A stretch of DNA of 64,000 nucleotides, taken from assembly GCF_051903065.1 (NCBI RefSeq), contig NZ_CP178438.1; one strand, given 5' to 3'. Under the pieces are notes generated by a model. It was given only the letters and a program-made list of their open reading frames with translations. It was not told the origin of the DNA and did not search any database. Source of the DNA: Escherichia coli (GTDB lineage: Bacteria > Pseudomonadota > Gammaproteobacteria > Enterobacterales > Enterobacteriaceae). Shown here piece by piece: positions 1 through 14,472 of this stretch. Position numbers and translations under genes: made by a program. How positions within the stretch are numbered: the first letter of the stretch is position 1; the number at the start of each line of letters is the position of its first letter.

Positions 1-438
1 GGCTAGGACAAAACGTTGATGAATCACCTCCACCAGGCGGATGGATTCACTATCAAGCCCCAGAGATTCACGGCGTTGCCAGACAGCATCTACCCGCGCG
101 AATAATTCACCGTTCAGATAGATATCATTAGCCAGTTCCGCCAGTTCAGCGGAAAACTGCTCGTCAAGACGCTGTAATTCATCATTGGTATGCGCCGCAG
201 TCATCGCAAAAAAGACGCTGGTAACGCGGGTAAGTAATTCTCCGCTTTGTTCCAGTGCCAGAATAGTATTGTTGAAATCAGGTGTTTGCGGGTTAAGCGC
301 GATGGCAGCAATTTCTGCCCGCTTTTGCAGCATTCCCTCATCGAATGCCGGGCGATAGTGATGATTGGCAATTTGATCAAAATGGGGAGCCAAATACGGC
401 AGTGTGCTTTGCACAAGGAAAGGATTCATTGTTGTCAT
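1..438 (-). CDS. dcp: peptidyl-dipeptidase Dcp (M3 family), N-terminal part; gene continues past window start
   Basis: Minus-strand frame from ATG at 436-438 reads MTTMNPFLVQSTLPYLAPHFDQIANHHYRPAFDEG... with no stop down to position 1; matches remembered Dcp N-terminus. Confidence 0.85.
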   Translation of the reverse strand, partial: MTTMNPFLVQSTLPYLAPHFDQIANHHYRPAFDEGMLQKRAEIAAIALNPQTPDFNNTILALEQSGELLTRVTSVFFAMTAAHTNDELQRLDEQFSAELAELANDIYLNGELFARVDAVWQRRESLGLDSESIRLVEVIHQRFVLA

Positions 439-574
439 TTTCTTCTCCTGAACGCGAGGTGTTCCATAGCGTAGGCTTACTGATAACGGAGTGCAATCTT
501 GCAAACCAGTATTACCCGCTCTTAAGCATCACGTGCTATGTTATTGACACACAAAAGCGTTGAGGAACAGTGAG

Positions 575-1321
575 ATGATCGTTTTAGTAACTGGAGCAAC
601 GGCAGGTTTTGGTGAATGCATTACTCGTCGTTTTATTCAACAAGGGCATAAAGTTATCGCCACTGGCCGTCGCCAGGAACGGTTGCAGGAGTTAAAAGAC
701 GAACTGGGAGATAATCTGTACATCGCCCAACTGGACGTTCGCAACCGCGCCGCTATTGAAGAGATGCTGGCATCGCTCCCTGCCGAGTGGAGCAATATTG
801 ATATCCTGGTAAACAATGCCGGCCTGGCGTTGGGCATGGAGCCTGCGCATAAAGCCAGCGTTGAAGACTGGGAAACGATGATTGATACAAACAACAAAGG
901 CCTGGTATATATGACGCGCGCCGTCTTACCGGGTATGGTTGAACGTAATCATGGTCATATTATTAACATTGGCTCAACGGCAGGTAGCTGGCCGTATGCC
1001 GGTGGTAACGTTTACGGTGCGACGAAAGCGTTTGTTCGTCAGTTTAGCCTGAATCTGCGTACGGACCTGCATGGTACGGCGGTGCGCGTCACCGACATCG
1101 AACCGGGTCTGGTGGGTGGCACCGAGTTTTCCAATGTCCGCTTTAAAGGCGATGACGGTAAAGCGGAAAAAACCTATCAAAATACCGTTGCATTGACGCC
1201 GGAAGATGTCAGCGAAGCCGTCTGGTGGGTGTCAACGCTGCCTGCTCACGTCAATATCAATACCCTGGAAATGATGCCGGTTACCCAAAGCTATGCCGGG
1301 CTGAATGTCCACCGTCAGTAA
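575..1321 (+). CDS. ydfG: NADP-dependent 3-hydroxy acid dehydrogenase (SDR family)
   Basis: ORF 560-1321; likely start at internal Met (MIVLVTGATAGFGE, Rossmann TGxxxGxG motif); 248 aa. Confidence 0.9.
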   Translation: MIVLVTGATAGFGECITRRFIQQGHKVIATGRRQERLQELKDELGDNLYIAQLDVRNRAAIEEMLASLPAEWSNIDILVNNAGLALGMEPAHKASVEDWETMIDTNNKGLVYMTRAVLPGMVERNHGHIINIGSTAGSWPYAGGNVYGATKAFVRQFSLNLRTDLHGTAVRVTDIEPGLVGGTEFSNVRFKGDDGKAEKTYQNTVALTPEDVSEAVWWVSTLPAHVNINTLEMMPVTQSYAGLNVHRQ

Positions 1322-1409
1322 TTTTTATACCCGGCGTAACTGCCGGGTTATTGCTTGTCACAAAAAAGTGGTAGACTCATGCAGTTAACTCACTCACAAG
1401 CAAGAACGA

Positions 1410-2096
1410 ATGACCGTCGAAACGCAACTTAATCCCACACAGCCTGTCAATCAGCAAATTTATCGTATCCTTCGTCGCGACATTGTCCATTGCCTGATTG
1501 CCCCAGGCACACCGTTGTCGGAAAAAGAAGTTTCTGTTCGTTTCAATGTGTCACGCCAGCCGGTTCGTGAAGCCTTTATTAAACTGGCGGAAAACGGCCT
1601 GATTCAAATTCGTCCGCAGCGTGGCAGCTACGTCAACAAAATTTCCATGGCCCAGGTGCGCAACGGCAGTTTTATCCGTCAGGCCATTGAGTGCGCGGTG
1701 GCGCGTCGGGCGGCGAGCATGATTACCGAAAGCCAGTGCTACCAACTGGAACAAAATCTTCACCAGCAACGCATTGCCATTGAGCGCAAGCAACTGGATG
1801 ATTTTTTTGAACTTGATGACAACTTCCATCAACTCCTGACGCAGATTGCCGACTGTCAACTGGCGTGGGATACCATTGAGAACCTGAAAGCGACCGTTGA
1901 TCGCGTGCGCTATATGAGTTTCGACCACGTTTCTCCACCAGAAATGCTGTTACGCCAGCATCTTGATATTTTCTCTGCCCTGCAAAAACGTGATGGCGAT
2001 GCGGTAGAACGTGCAATGACGCAACATTTGCAGGAAATCAGCGAATCCGTGCGCCAGATCCGTCAGGAAAACAGCGACTGGTTTAGCGAAGAGTAA
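1410..2096 (+). CDS. ydfH: GntR/FadR-family transcriptional regulator (RspR)
   Basis: 228-aa ORF with N-terminal winged-HTH GntR signature; position upstream of ydfZ as in K-12. Confidence 0.85.
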
Positions 2097-2272
2097 TTCA
2101 TTTCCTCTCATCCCATCCGGGGTGAGAGTCTTTTCCCCCGCCTTATGGCTCATGCATGCATCAAAAAAGATGTGAGCTTGATCAAAAACAAAAAATATTT
2201 CACTCGACAGGAGTATTTATATTGCGCCCGTTACGTGGGCTTCGACTGTAAATCAGAAAGGAGAAAACACCT

Positions 2273-2476
2273 ATGACGACCTACGATCGTAACCGTAACG
2301 CAATCACCACTGGCAGCCGTGTTATGGTTAGCGGCACCGGTCACACTGGCAAGATCCTGTCGATTGATACTGAAGGTCTGACCGCTGAGCAAATCCGCCG
2401 CGGAAAAACCGTAGTTGTTGAAGGTTGTGAAGAGAAACTGGCACCTCTGGACCTGATTCGTCTCGGCATGAACTAA
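2273..2476 (+). CDS. ydfZ: small protein YdfZ (putative selenium-binding)
   Basis: 67-aa [20 protein letters not shown]...; followed by hairpin terminator. Confidence 0.85.
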
Positions 2477-2483
2477 GCGTGTG

Positions 2484-2512
2484 AATGCCGCCGATGGCGG
2501 CATTGCTTTTTT
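2484..2512. terminator. Rho-independent terminator between convergent ydfZ and ydfI
   Basis: GC stem AATGCCGCC-GAT-GGCGGCATT followed by GCTTTTTT. Confidence 0.7.
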
Positions 2513-3971
2513 ACTTCACGGAATATTTCGCCACGGTCGCTTTCGCACCATGCGCTAATAAAAACAAGTACGCTTCCGTCACTTTTGCAGTAAACAAGCT
2601 ATTGTCTGGCAAATCATCACCAAAGATCGCCTTAATCGCCAGCAATGACTGGACGCGCGCTTTCCCTTCGGCACTACTTTGTACAGCCTTCTGAATAACA
2701 GGTAACAGTGGGTCACTGATTTCAATCGGATTTCCCTGTTCATCAACACCACCGACATAACGCATCCAACCCGCGACGCCCAGCGCCAGCAGATCGAACT
2801 TGCTGTCATGCGCCAGATGCCAGCGAACAGAATCCAACATCCGCTGTGGCAATTTCTGGCTGCCATCCATCGCAATCTGCCAGGTTCGATGGCGTAACGC
2901 CGGGTTGCTATAGCGTGCAATTAATCGGTTAGCGTAATCTTGCAAATCAACGCCCTGCACTTTCAGCGTCGGCGCTTGTTCCTGCAACATCAAGCCATAC
3001 GCCGCATGACGATAATGTTCATCTTCCATACAGTCATTAATGTGCTGATATCCGGCAAGATAACCCAGATACGCCAGGAATGAATGACTGCCGTTGAGCA
3101 TGCGCAACTTCATCTCTTCATAAGGCAGTACATCGCTAACCAGTTCTGCTCCCGCTTTTTCCCATTCCGGACGTCCGGCAACAAAATTATCTTCGATTAC
3201 CCACTGGCGGAAAGGTTCACAGGCAACGCCAGCAGGATCGCGCACACCGGTAAGTTGTTCGATTTTCGCCAGCGTATCCTCTGTCACTGCGGGCACAATA
3301 CGGTCCACCATTGTTGATGGGAAAGTCACGTTATCTTCGATCCATTGTGCCAGTTTTACATCAACGGCTTGCGCGTAGGAAGTGACAACGTCACGCATAA
3401 CATGACCGTTTTCTGGCATGTTGTCACATGACATGACGGTAAATGCGGGAAGTCCTGCCGCTTTACGGCGAGCCAGCGCCTCAACAATCACCCCTGTTGC
3501 TGTTTTCGGCTGGTGGGGATTTTGCACGTCGGCAACGACCATCGGGTGATCGAGCATTAACTGTCCGGTCGCCGGAGAGTGGAAATACCCTTTTTCGGTG
3601 ATTGTCAGAGAGACAATCGCGATTTGTGGTTCACACATCGCAGCCAACACGGTTTCTAAGCCATCTATCTGTACGTGCAAGGCTTTTTTAACGACGCCAA
3701 CGACGCGAGCCGTCCACGCATCGGCCGACATTTCCGCAACGGTATAAAGATTATCTTGCTGTTGTAAATCGGCAATTTGCTGTTCGCCACCGATTAAGTT
3801 GACCTCATAATATCCCCAGTCACTGAAATGTTCTGTAGCAAGAATATCGGCATACACGCCCTGATGCGCACGGTGAAATGCACCAAAGCCTAAATGAACA
3901 ATTCTTGGGGCCAGGTTATTACGATCATAAACAGGGAGTGTCGCTTTTGCTGATAACAAATTATTTCCCAT
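2511..3971 (-). CDS. ydfI: mannitol dehydrogenase-family oxidoreductase (mannonate/altronate oxidoreductase-like)
   Basis: 486-aa ORF; family assignment from overall similarity to UxuB-type proteins by memory. Confidence 0.85.
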   Translation of the reverse strand: MGNNLLSAKATLPVYDRNNLAPRIVHLGFGAFHRAHQGVYADILATEHFSDWGYYEVNLIGGEQQIADLQQQDNLYTVAEMSADAWTARVVGVVKKALHVQIDGLETVLAAMCEPQIAIVSLTITEKGYFHSPATGQLMLDHPMVVADVQNPHQPKTATGVIVEALARRKAAGLPAFTVMSCDNMPENGHVMRDVVTSYAQAVDVKLAQWIEDNVTFPSTMVDRIVPAVTEDTLAKIEQLTGVRDPAGVACEPFRQWVIEDNFVAGRPEWEKAGAELVSDVLPYEEMKLRMLNGSHSFLAYLGYLAGYQHINDCMEDEHYRHAAYGLMLQEQAPTLKVQGVDLQDYANRLIARYSNPALRHRTWQIAMDGSQKLPQRMLDSVRWHLAHDSKFDLLALGVAGWMRYVGGVDEQGNPIEISDPLLPVIQKAVQSSAEGKARVQSLLAIKAIFGDDLPDNSLFTAKVTEAYLFLLAHGAKATVAKYSVK

Positions 3972-4059
3972 AACAATTCCTTAAATTTAAATATGGCAAG
4001 CTACATGTTTTGTTATATGAAGAAAAATCCCCTCTCCGGTAAGAGAAGGGATTGAGGAT

Positions 4060-5343
4060 TTAAAGACTTCTGGAAGGTTGCGCAGCTCTTACAACACGCG
4101 GTTGATCTTCCGCAGCGTCTTCCAGCGCACTTAAATCACGGTCTTTCACTTCTGGCATTTTCAGCGCAGAGATTAAACCAATCACTGAATATGCCATGAT
4201 CATAATGGCGATTGGATACCAGGATTCCGTCATGGTGCAGAAAATACCCGCCAGGATAGGACCAAAACCGGAAGCGATAAGACCACCAATTTCTTTAGAA
4301 ATAGCCATCCGGGTAAAGCGGTTTTTACAGCCGAACATTTCTGCCATGGTAATGTTTTCCAGAGCAAATAATCCCAGCACCGCACAGTTATGAATCACAA
4401 TCAGTGCAACCATAATGGTGCTCGGGGCATAGCTTTTATCTACGATGATAGAAAGCATTGGCCATGCCAGCACAATCGCGGAGGTATTCATAATAATATA
4501 CGGGATCCGGCGACCAATTTTATCGGATAACCAACCAAGGAACGGAATGGTCATAAAGCCGAGAATCGAACTAATCATCAATGCATCTGTTGGAATTGCT
4601 TTGTTAAACAATAACGTCTGCACTAAATAGCCTGCAAGGAAAGTCTGAATTAACCCGGAGTTACCCGCCTGACCAAAACGCAGCCCTGTTGCCAGCCAGA
4701 AGGATTTGCTCTGGAACATGCTACCAGCAGGTGCAGGTTTTGCTGTCGGTTGGTTGCTGTCGTTAACCTTCTCAAAGACCGGGCTTTCTTTCAGATTCAT
4801 ACGCAACCAGATAGCAAAGACCATCACGACAACGCTCGCCAGGAACGGTATACGCCATCCCCACGCCAGCAGTTCCTCTTTACTGAGAATGAAGAACATA
4901 AAGGCCCAGATTGCCGTTGCGCTTAAGGTTCCGCAGTTAGTTCCCATAGCCACAAATGAGGAGATAATTCCGCGCTTACCTTTTGGCGCATATTCCGCCA
5001 GCATCGTACCGGCACCGGAAATTTCCGCACCTGCACCCAACCCCTGAATAATACGCAGCGTCACCAGCAAGATGGGTGCAAAAACACCAATCTGTGCATA
5101 GGTCGGTAACACACCAATTAAGGTGGTACAGATCCCCATCATGGTGATGGTAATAAAGAGCACTTTTTTACGCCCTATTCTGTCGCCCATTTTGCCGAAA
5201 ATAAATGCTCCGACAATACGCGCCACATAACCTGCACCGTAGGTTCCCATTGCCAGAATTAACGCCATTGCCGTTGATGATTCAGGAAAAAATATTTCAT
5301 GAAACACTAACGCTGCGCCGAGTGAATATAACTGGAAATCCAT
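4060..5343 (-). pseudogene. ydfJ: MFS transporter YdfJ (ProP-like), 3' portion; first ~28 codons displaced to 34966-35058 by prophage insertion
   Basis: 427-aa ORF starts MDFQLYSLGAALVF...; upstream N-terminal codons are found at the other prophage end; att core overlaps the ATG. Confidence 0.8.
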
Positions 5344-5345
5344 AA
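5335..5345. repeat. att core copy at left prophage junction (attL-like)
   Basis: GAAATCCATAA identical to 34966-34976; lies at the ydfJ fragment junction. Confidence 0.7.
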
Positions 5346-5946
5346 TTCACAGGTGTTTTTTCCCATCCTGTGGTTTCCTTGGCGTTTTCTAGGTTTTTTC
5401 AGATAGTTGCATTTTTTAAAAAGCATCCTAAGTTCGATCTCAGTGTCTATCTGGGGCCTATTTCTGTCCCATATATGCCCCAAAAAAACTCCCCAACAGA
5501 TAAGTAGTTTTTTCATGGATTTATGCGTAAAATCAAGAACGGCTGGAAATCATTCAATACTCACACTATCGAAAAATTTACCAGCCAACCGCAGCACGTT
5601 CTTGCATAAGGCGTGTCTGCGTTTTTTCAACTATTCAGATACATCACTCCCATCACAGTCATTCCTCCGCATCAAAGGCATATAGGCTATATCACCTTGA
5701 TATTTTTCTTTTTCAGATAAAAACTGTTATCTATGTATACTTTTAAACCCAATCCGTGTAGAGTCTCTGCATAAGATAGTTTGCAGTTGCCGCTTCAGCT
5801 TGCGCCATAAACCGCCTGATTTTTGCTGCCACCTGCTAGCATTCCTGTATACCTGAAACGACAATGTTTATCTACGAACTTTAAAAACACCCAAGATAAA
5901 AATTGTCAACTATATCATATATAACACATTACTAATTCGAGGCTAT

Positions 5947-6060
5947 ATGAACAGCATACTGATAATCACTTCTCTCCTTATCATATTCAGCATTTTTAGT
6001 CATGCCCTAATAAAATTAGGGATTGGCATATCCAATAACCCAGACAAAACCGATGTATAA
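5947..6060 (+). CDS. possible small hydrophobic protein (37 aa, one predicted TM helix)
   Basis: ATG preceded by GAGG; [37 protein letters not shown]; no homology check possible. Confidence 0.3.
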
Positions 6061-6095
6061 GTCAACATATCCTGAATCAGACATACAATATCGCA

Positions 6096-6362
6096 ATGAA
6101 AATCAATAATATTTTAAGGAATATCTTCATGAAATCAAAAGACACCCTAAAGTGGTTCCCTGCGCAGCTTCCTGAAGTAAGAATTATCCTAGGGGATGCT
6201 GTAGTGGAAGTAGCAAAACAGGGAAGACCTATTAATACCAGAACATTGCTTGATTACATTGAAGGAAACATAAAGAAAAAATCATGGCTGGATAACAAAG
6301 AATTATTACAAACAGCGATATCAGTTCTTAAAGACAACCAAAATTTAAATGGTAAAATGTAA
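6096..6362 (+). CDS. ydfK: prophage cold-shock-induced protein YdfK (YnaE paralog); true start may be internal Met at 6129
   Basis: 88-aa ORF containing MKSKDTLKWFPAQLPEVRIILGDAVVEVAKQGRP... Confidence 0.8.
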   Translation: MKINNILRNIFMKSKDTLKWFPAQLPEVRIILGDAVVEVAKQGRPINTRTLLDYIEGNIKKKSWLDNKELLQTAISVLKDNQNLNGKM

Positions 6363-6679
6363 TATAATAAACTTACTTTTTTATCATTTTTCCACTTTAA
6401 CAACATTTTTCTCCACTTTTCCACGTCCAAACAACTTGAAATCTGGTTAAAATAACACGCAACACTATTCTTCTTCCTTGAGTCCGCCCGGAACTCGAAA
6501 AACAAACCGAGTTAAAGCCATTTTTCACAAAATCGATTTTGGGTCTCACCAAAAATTACGGGGTTGCATACGCATTCGTTTATTTTCGAACGTGTACATA
6601 CAAATATGCACAAAAATAATCATAATTATTTTCTGAGATGCATTATGATATGAACACCAATTTCGAATAGAGTCTCACT

Positions 6680-7270
6680 ATGTCTCGAATTTTTGCTTAC
6701 TGTCGGATATCAACGCTGGATCAGACCACCGAAAATCAACGCCGGGAAATCGAAAGTGCAGGTTTTAAAATCAAACCTCAGCAAATAATCGAAGAACACA
6801 TTAGCGGCTCAGCAGCAACCAGTGAGCGTCCTGGTTTTAACCGGTTGCTTGCTCGCCTGAAATGTGGTGATCAATTGATTGTGACAAAACTGGATCGCCT
6901 TGGTTGTAATGCAATGGATATCAGGAAAACAGTGGAACAACTGACCGAAACAGGTATCAGAGTGCATTGCTTAGCATTGGGTGGCATTGACCTGACCAGT
7001 CCAACAGGAAAAATGATGATGCAAGTAATTTCAGCAGTCGCTGAATTTGAACGAGACCTTTTACTTGAACGCACTCATTCCGGGATAGTAAGAGCCCGCG
7101 GCGCAGGGAAACGTTTTGGTCGACCACCTGTGTTAAATGAAGAACAGAAACAGGTGGTATTCGAACGAATTAAGTCAGGTGTAAGTATAAGTGCCATTGC
7201 CCGGGAATTCAAAACCTCGCGGCAAACCATTTTAAGAGCCAAAGCAAAACTTCAGACACCTGACATATAA
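6680..7270 (+). CDS. pinQ: serine-recombinase DNA invertase Pin
   Basis: 196-aa [23 protein letters not shown]... (resolvase/invertase N-terminal catalytic Ser motif) with C-terminal HTH. Confidence 0.9.
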
Positions 7271-7367
7271 AAAATAATCTCGGTGTGAGATGCTTTACGT
7301 GTTCCAAGCCCCCTTCCTTGCCGTAAATGGAAAGATACATCTAATTATAGAATTTATATGTTTTACC

Positions 7368-7943
7368 CTACGGCAGTGCTGGCCATTCAATATCCTGTGC
7401 AGTTGACGTATCAACACGGTTCAGCAATACCCGATACTTTTTCCATGCTTCCAGCAACGAGATTTCTTCCTCCGTTGCAATTTCCAGATCTGCAGCATCC
7501 TGAAGCGGCGCAATATGCTCACTGGCTACCTGCATCAGGTTGTTTTTTGTTTCTTCCGCCTCCCGGATCCGGAACAGTTTTTCTGCTTCCGTATCCTTCA
7601 CCCAGGCTGTGCCGTTCCACTTCTGAAACTCCCCTTCCGGCGATAACCAGGTAACATTTTCCGGTAACGGACCGAGTTCAGAAATAAATAACGCGTCGCC
7701 GGAAGCCACGTCATAGACGGTTTTTCCCCGATGATCTTCAACGAGATGCCACGATGCCTCATCACTGTTGAAAACAGCCACGAAGCCTGCCGGAATATCT
7801 GGCGGTGCAATATCGGTACTGTTTGCTGGCAGACCTGTATGAGGCGGAATATATGCGTCACCTTCACCAATAAATTCATTAGTTCCGGCCAGCAGATTAT
7901 AAATTTTTATGGTCTGTGGTTGTTCACTCATTCTGAATGCCAT
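7368..7943 (-). CDS. tfaQ: tail fibre assembly protein
   Basis: 191-aa ORF immediately downstream of tail fibre gene; Tfa-family organisation. Confidence 0.85.
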   Translation of the reverse strand: MAFRMSEQPQTIKIYNLLAGTNEFIGEGDAYIPPHTGLPANSTDIAPPDIPAGFVAVFNSDEASWHLVEDHRGKTVYDVASGDALFISELGPLPENVTWLSPEGEFQKWNGTAWVKDTEAEKLFRIREAEETKNNLMQVASEHIAPLQDAADLEIATEEEISLLEAWKKYRVLLNRVDTSTAQDIEWPALP

Positions 7944-9127
7944 TATGCAAGCCTCACAATATAGTTAAATGCGATGTTTTTGACGGTGTTTTCCGCGTTA
8001 CCAGCAGCGTTAACGGTGATGGTGTGTCCATGTGAACCAATCGCAACGGAGTGCGTATGAGCACCAATACCGACAGTATGTGCATGTGCGCCTGCGCTTG
8101 CAGCAGTGCCGGACAGCGAGTGGGTATGAGCACCATCTGATGATGTCTTCCCTGCATTACGAGTCTGGCCACTACCGCTTGTTGTGCTCATAATCCCCGC
8201 GCTTAGATTTGAAATCGCGGTATAACCATTAGGGAAAATGCTCGTGTTCGTGCCACCAAATGCACCGGAACTCTTGTGTTGGTGCGCACCGGCACTATTT
8301 GCAGTCCCGCTAATACTATGGGTATGCGCCCCGGTGTTATTCGTGGATTTGGTTCCGTAATCAAACGACGATGTGTTTTTCGTCCCCAAATCCGTACTGG
8401 ATGCGCTGGCGCTGTGGGTGTGCGATTTAATGCCGTCCTGTTCCTGAGACAATACGGCACGACCACTGGCGGGTTTGCCCTTAATCGTCCAGCCACGCAT
8501 ATCAGGGATCACGGCTGACGGATAAGCGGCTGCAAGTTTCGGGTATGCAGATTTGTCAAAAGTCTGCCCCTGCATCAGGGCATAGCCAGACGGAACGGTA
8601 TCTGATGGCCACGGGATTGGTGCGCCAGGCGGATAAAACTGCTCTGATGGCGTATAGAGTGAATAAACTGTACCGTCCGTTAACCCTTCCGGCTTATTAG
8701 CAGAATATGCTGGTGACGTATGAATCGTCACGCTGGCATTACTGGTATAATCCCATTGAATATTTACACCAGTCGCATAATTTCCGATTGCAACGTAAAT
8801 ATCGTAAGTATCACCAGATGTATTGACCCAGGCAAAATTTGTAAACCCTGTCGATGTGCGCTGCCATAAAGCACCAGTAATCCCCTTCGGATTACCATTA
8901 CCTGCACGCAAAACAAGTTCAGATATACCTGCCTGTTGAGGTGACCCCACGTTAAATCCCGCGCCACCAATCAACGTAATTGAAACAACAGAACTCGCCT
9001 GTGGCATGGTTACCGTTGCTAATTTGAACCAACCAGCACCACCGCTGAATGACATTGTTGTTGAGTTAAGCGTACCAATATCTTTCGGCGTCAGTGTTAT
9101 ATCCGCTGAAAGCGCCTTACCATTCAC
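7943..9127 (-). pseudogene. stfQ: side tail fibre protein fragment (C-terminal part lambda Stf-like with His-rich GAHxHS repeats); N-terminal/constant region absent
   Basis: 394-aa ORF; C-terminus ...GAPIPWPSD...GAHTHS...[18 protein letters not shown] resembles lambda Stf C-terminus; in-frame TGA immediately 5' of ATG and IS903 32 bp upstream. Confidence 0.75.
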
Positions 9128-9159
9128 CTTACGGGCAGAAGGTACCCGACCATTCGCAT

Positions 9160-10216
9160 GGCTTTGTTGAATAAATCGAACTTTTGCTGAGTTGAAGGAT
9201 CAGATCACGTATCTTCCCGACAACGCAGACCGTTCCGTGGCAAAGCAAAAGTTCAAAATCACCAACTGGCCCACCTACAATAAAGCCCTCATCAACCGTG
9301 GCTCCATAACTTTCTGGCTGGATGATGAAGCTATTCAGGCCTGGTATGAGTCAGCAACACCTTCTTCACGAGGCAGACCTCAGCGCTATTCTGACCTTGC
9401 CATCACGACTGTGCTGGTCATTAAACGCGTATTCAGGCTGACCCTGCGCGCTGCGCAGGGCTTTATTGATTCCATTTTTTCTCTGATGAACGTTCCGCTA
9501 CGCTGCCCGGATTACAGCTGTGTCAGCAGGCGGGCAAAGTCGGTTAATGTCAGTTTCAAAACGCCCACCCGGGGTGAAATCGCACACCTGGTAATTGATT
9601 CCACCGGGCTGAAGGTCTTCGGTGAAGGCGAGTGGAAAGTCAAAAAGCATGGCCAGGAACGCCGCCGTATCTGGCGTAAGCTGCATCTCGCCGTTGACAG
9701 TAAAACACATGAAATCATCTGCGCTGACCTGTCGCTGAACAACGTTACGGACTCAGAGGCCTTCCCCGGGTTAATCCGGCAAACCCACCGGAAAATCAGG
9801 TCAGCCGCCGCCGATGGCGCTTACGATACCCGGCTATGTCACGATGAACTGCGGCGTAAGAAAATCAGCGCGCTTATCCCTCCCCGAAAAGGTGCGGGTT
9901 ACTGGCCCGGTGAATATGCAGACCGTAACCGTGCAGTGGCTAATCAGCGAATGACCGGGAGTAATGCGCGGTGGAAATGGACAACAGATTACAACCGTCG
10001 CTCGATAGCGGAAACGGCGATGTACCGGGTAAAACAGCTGTTCGGGGGTTCACTGACACTGCGTGACTACGATGGTCAGGTTGCAGAGGCTATGGCCCTG
10101 GTACGAGCGCTGAACAAAATGACGAAAGCAGGTATGCCTGAAAGCGTGCGTATTGCCTGAAAACACAACCCGCTACGGGGGAGACTTACCCGAAATCTGA
10201 TTTATTCAACAAAGCC
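9160..10216 (+). mobile_element. IS903-like insertion sequence (IS5 family), 1057 bp
   Basis: 18-bp terminal inverted repeats GGCTTTGTTGAATAAATC at 9160-9177 and 10199-10216 (reverse complement); single transposase ORF; no 9-bp target duplication. Confidence 0.85.
9192..10160 (+). CDS. IS903-type DDE transposase
   Basis: 322-aa [55 protein letters not shown]...; recognised as IS903/IS102-type by memory. Confidence 0.85.
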   Translation: MKDQITYLPDNADRSVAKQKFKITNWPTYNKALINRGSITFWLDDEAIQAWYESATPSSRGRPQRYSDLAITTVLVIKRVFRLTLRAAQGFIDSIFSLMNVPLRCPDYSCVSRRAKSVNVSFKTPTRGEIAHLVIDSTGLKVFGEGEWKVKKHGQERRRIWRKLHLAVDSKTHEIICADLSLNNVTDSEAFPGLIRQTHRKIRSAAADGAYDTRLCHDELRRKKISALIPPRKGAGYWPGEYADRNRAVANQRMTGSNARWKWTTDYNRRSIAETAMYRVKQLFGGSLTLRDYDGQVAEAMALVRALNKMTKAGMPESVRIA

Positions 10217-11317
10217 TTTATGACCTAAAAGAAGTTCGACAATATAAGGATCCGCCCCCATATCATTAAGCGTAGTGGAAAATGTGCGCCTGAAATCATG
10301 TATGCACCACAAGCCATTAGTATCATGACCAAGACACCTGCATATTCTGTTTGCAGCCCCTGTTATTGTCGCCCTTTGCAAAGCACAACCGACAACATAA
10401 CCGCGATTTTTTGTTTCTGCGTAAAGATTAACGATCCATTGTTTTATTCCGTCAGGAACAGGCCTTACTATAGCCTCCTTGTTTTTGCTGTGCTCTTTTG
10501 GGACTGTCCATACCCAGTTTTTTAAATCCCATTCGTCCCAGGTGGATAGCCTCGCCTCCTGCTGTCGGCAACCAAACACCAGGCAGATAACCATTATTCT
10601 TCGGTTATATATTGATGACAGAGTTAGCAAATTATTACCGTAAGCATAAGACCATACATCAGCGGTTTCATTGATATTAAGAACGCGATCCCTTATACCG
10701 GATGAGCGCCCGACATAACTTACGTTAATATCTCCAAAGGGATCGCACGCGATGTATTGCCTGACGCGACAAAAACGCAACGCCTGTTTGATATCAAGAA
10801 AAATTGCACCAGACATAACAGGCGCATTTTTTTTGATCCTGTCAAAGACGGTAAGCCATGTGTGTAATTTGCACTGTTCTATAGCCATATCACCGATATA
10901 GGGGAAGATATGCTTTTCAAATCGTTTTATTAAATATTCATGCTCTTTTCTGGCTGTTGTGGCGTGATTGTCGTACCAGTAAAACAGCGCATCCCTTACG
11001 GTCACTGGTTGCATAGTTTTTTCGGCAGCAAGTTTTATTTGCCTGCGGGGGTCCAGATTTTCAGCCAGCCATTCACGGCACTGATCACGCATGCGCCTGG
11101 CCGTTGCAAGAGACATGTCAGGATAGCGACCAAGTGTAAGCCATACCGGAGGGGATTCCCTGCCACCAAGACGATAGTAAAAAACAAAGCTGATCCCCCC
11201 AACCATGCTTACACGCACAGACAACCCGCGCCCATCCGCTATTGTTTTTTGTTTGTCCTGCCGTTTTCCGACAAGACTCTTTAACAGTTTGTCACTGAGT
11301 TTGTTTTCAATAGCCAT
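10202..11317 (-). pseudogene. P4-family tyrosine integrase, C-terminally truncated by IS903 (catalytic Tyr region missing)
   Basis: 371-aa ORF with HDFRRT and LLGH core motifs; reading frame ends FVE-stop inside the IS903 inverted repeat. Confidence 0.75.
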
Positions 11318-11335
11318 TAAAAGCCCTCAAGAGAT

Positions 11336-11389
11336 TTGCAATACACACCCATCCCGATCGCCAATTTGCAATACACATTGCAATACACA
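11336..11389. repeat. three direct copies of 12-bp motif TTGCAATACACA upstream of integrase start
   Basis: Copies at 11336-11347, 11366-11377, 11378-11389; 19-72 bp upstream of the int ATG (minus strand). Confidence 0.7.
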
Positions 11390-11465
11390 AAACCGCGAAA
11401 AACTGGAAGGGTGATGAACGGTCATCAAAAGCATGGAAAACGACATTCCAGACGCAGCAAGGGTT

Positions 11466-14446
<2,981 letters not shown>

Positions 14447-14472
<26 letters not shown>

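Noticed and set aside
5407-5685. 92-aa plus-strand ORF at the left prophage junction
   Set aside because: No RBS and a low-complexity translation, in a probable regulatory or junction region.
7270-7370. Possible Pin crossover (gix/hix-like) site between pinQ and tfaQ
   Set aside because: No convincing match to the 26-bp invertase site consensus by eye; cannot be supported without a profile search.
11336-11389. Short direct repeats considered as a possible CRISPR or minimal array
   Set aside because: Only three 12-bp copies, two of them adjacent with no spacers, and no cas genes; more consistent with protein-binding sites upstream of int.
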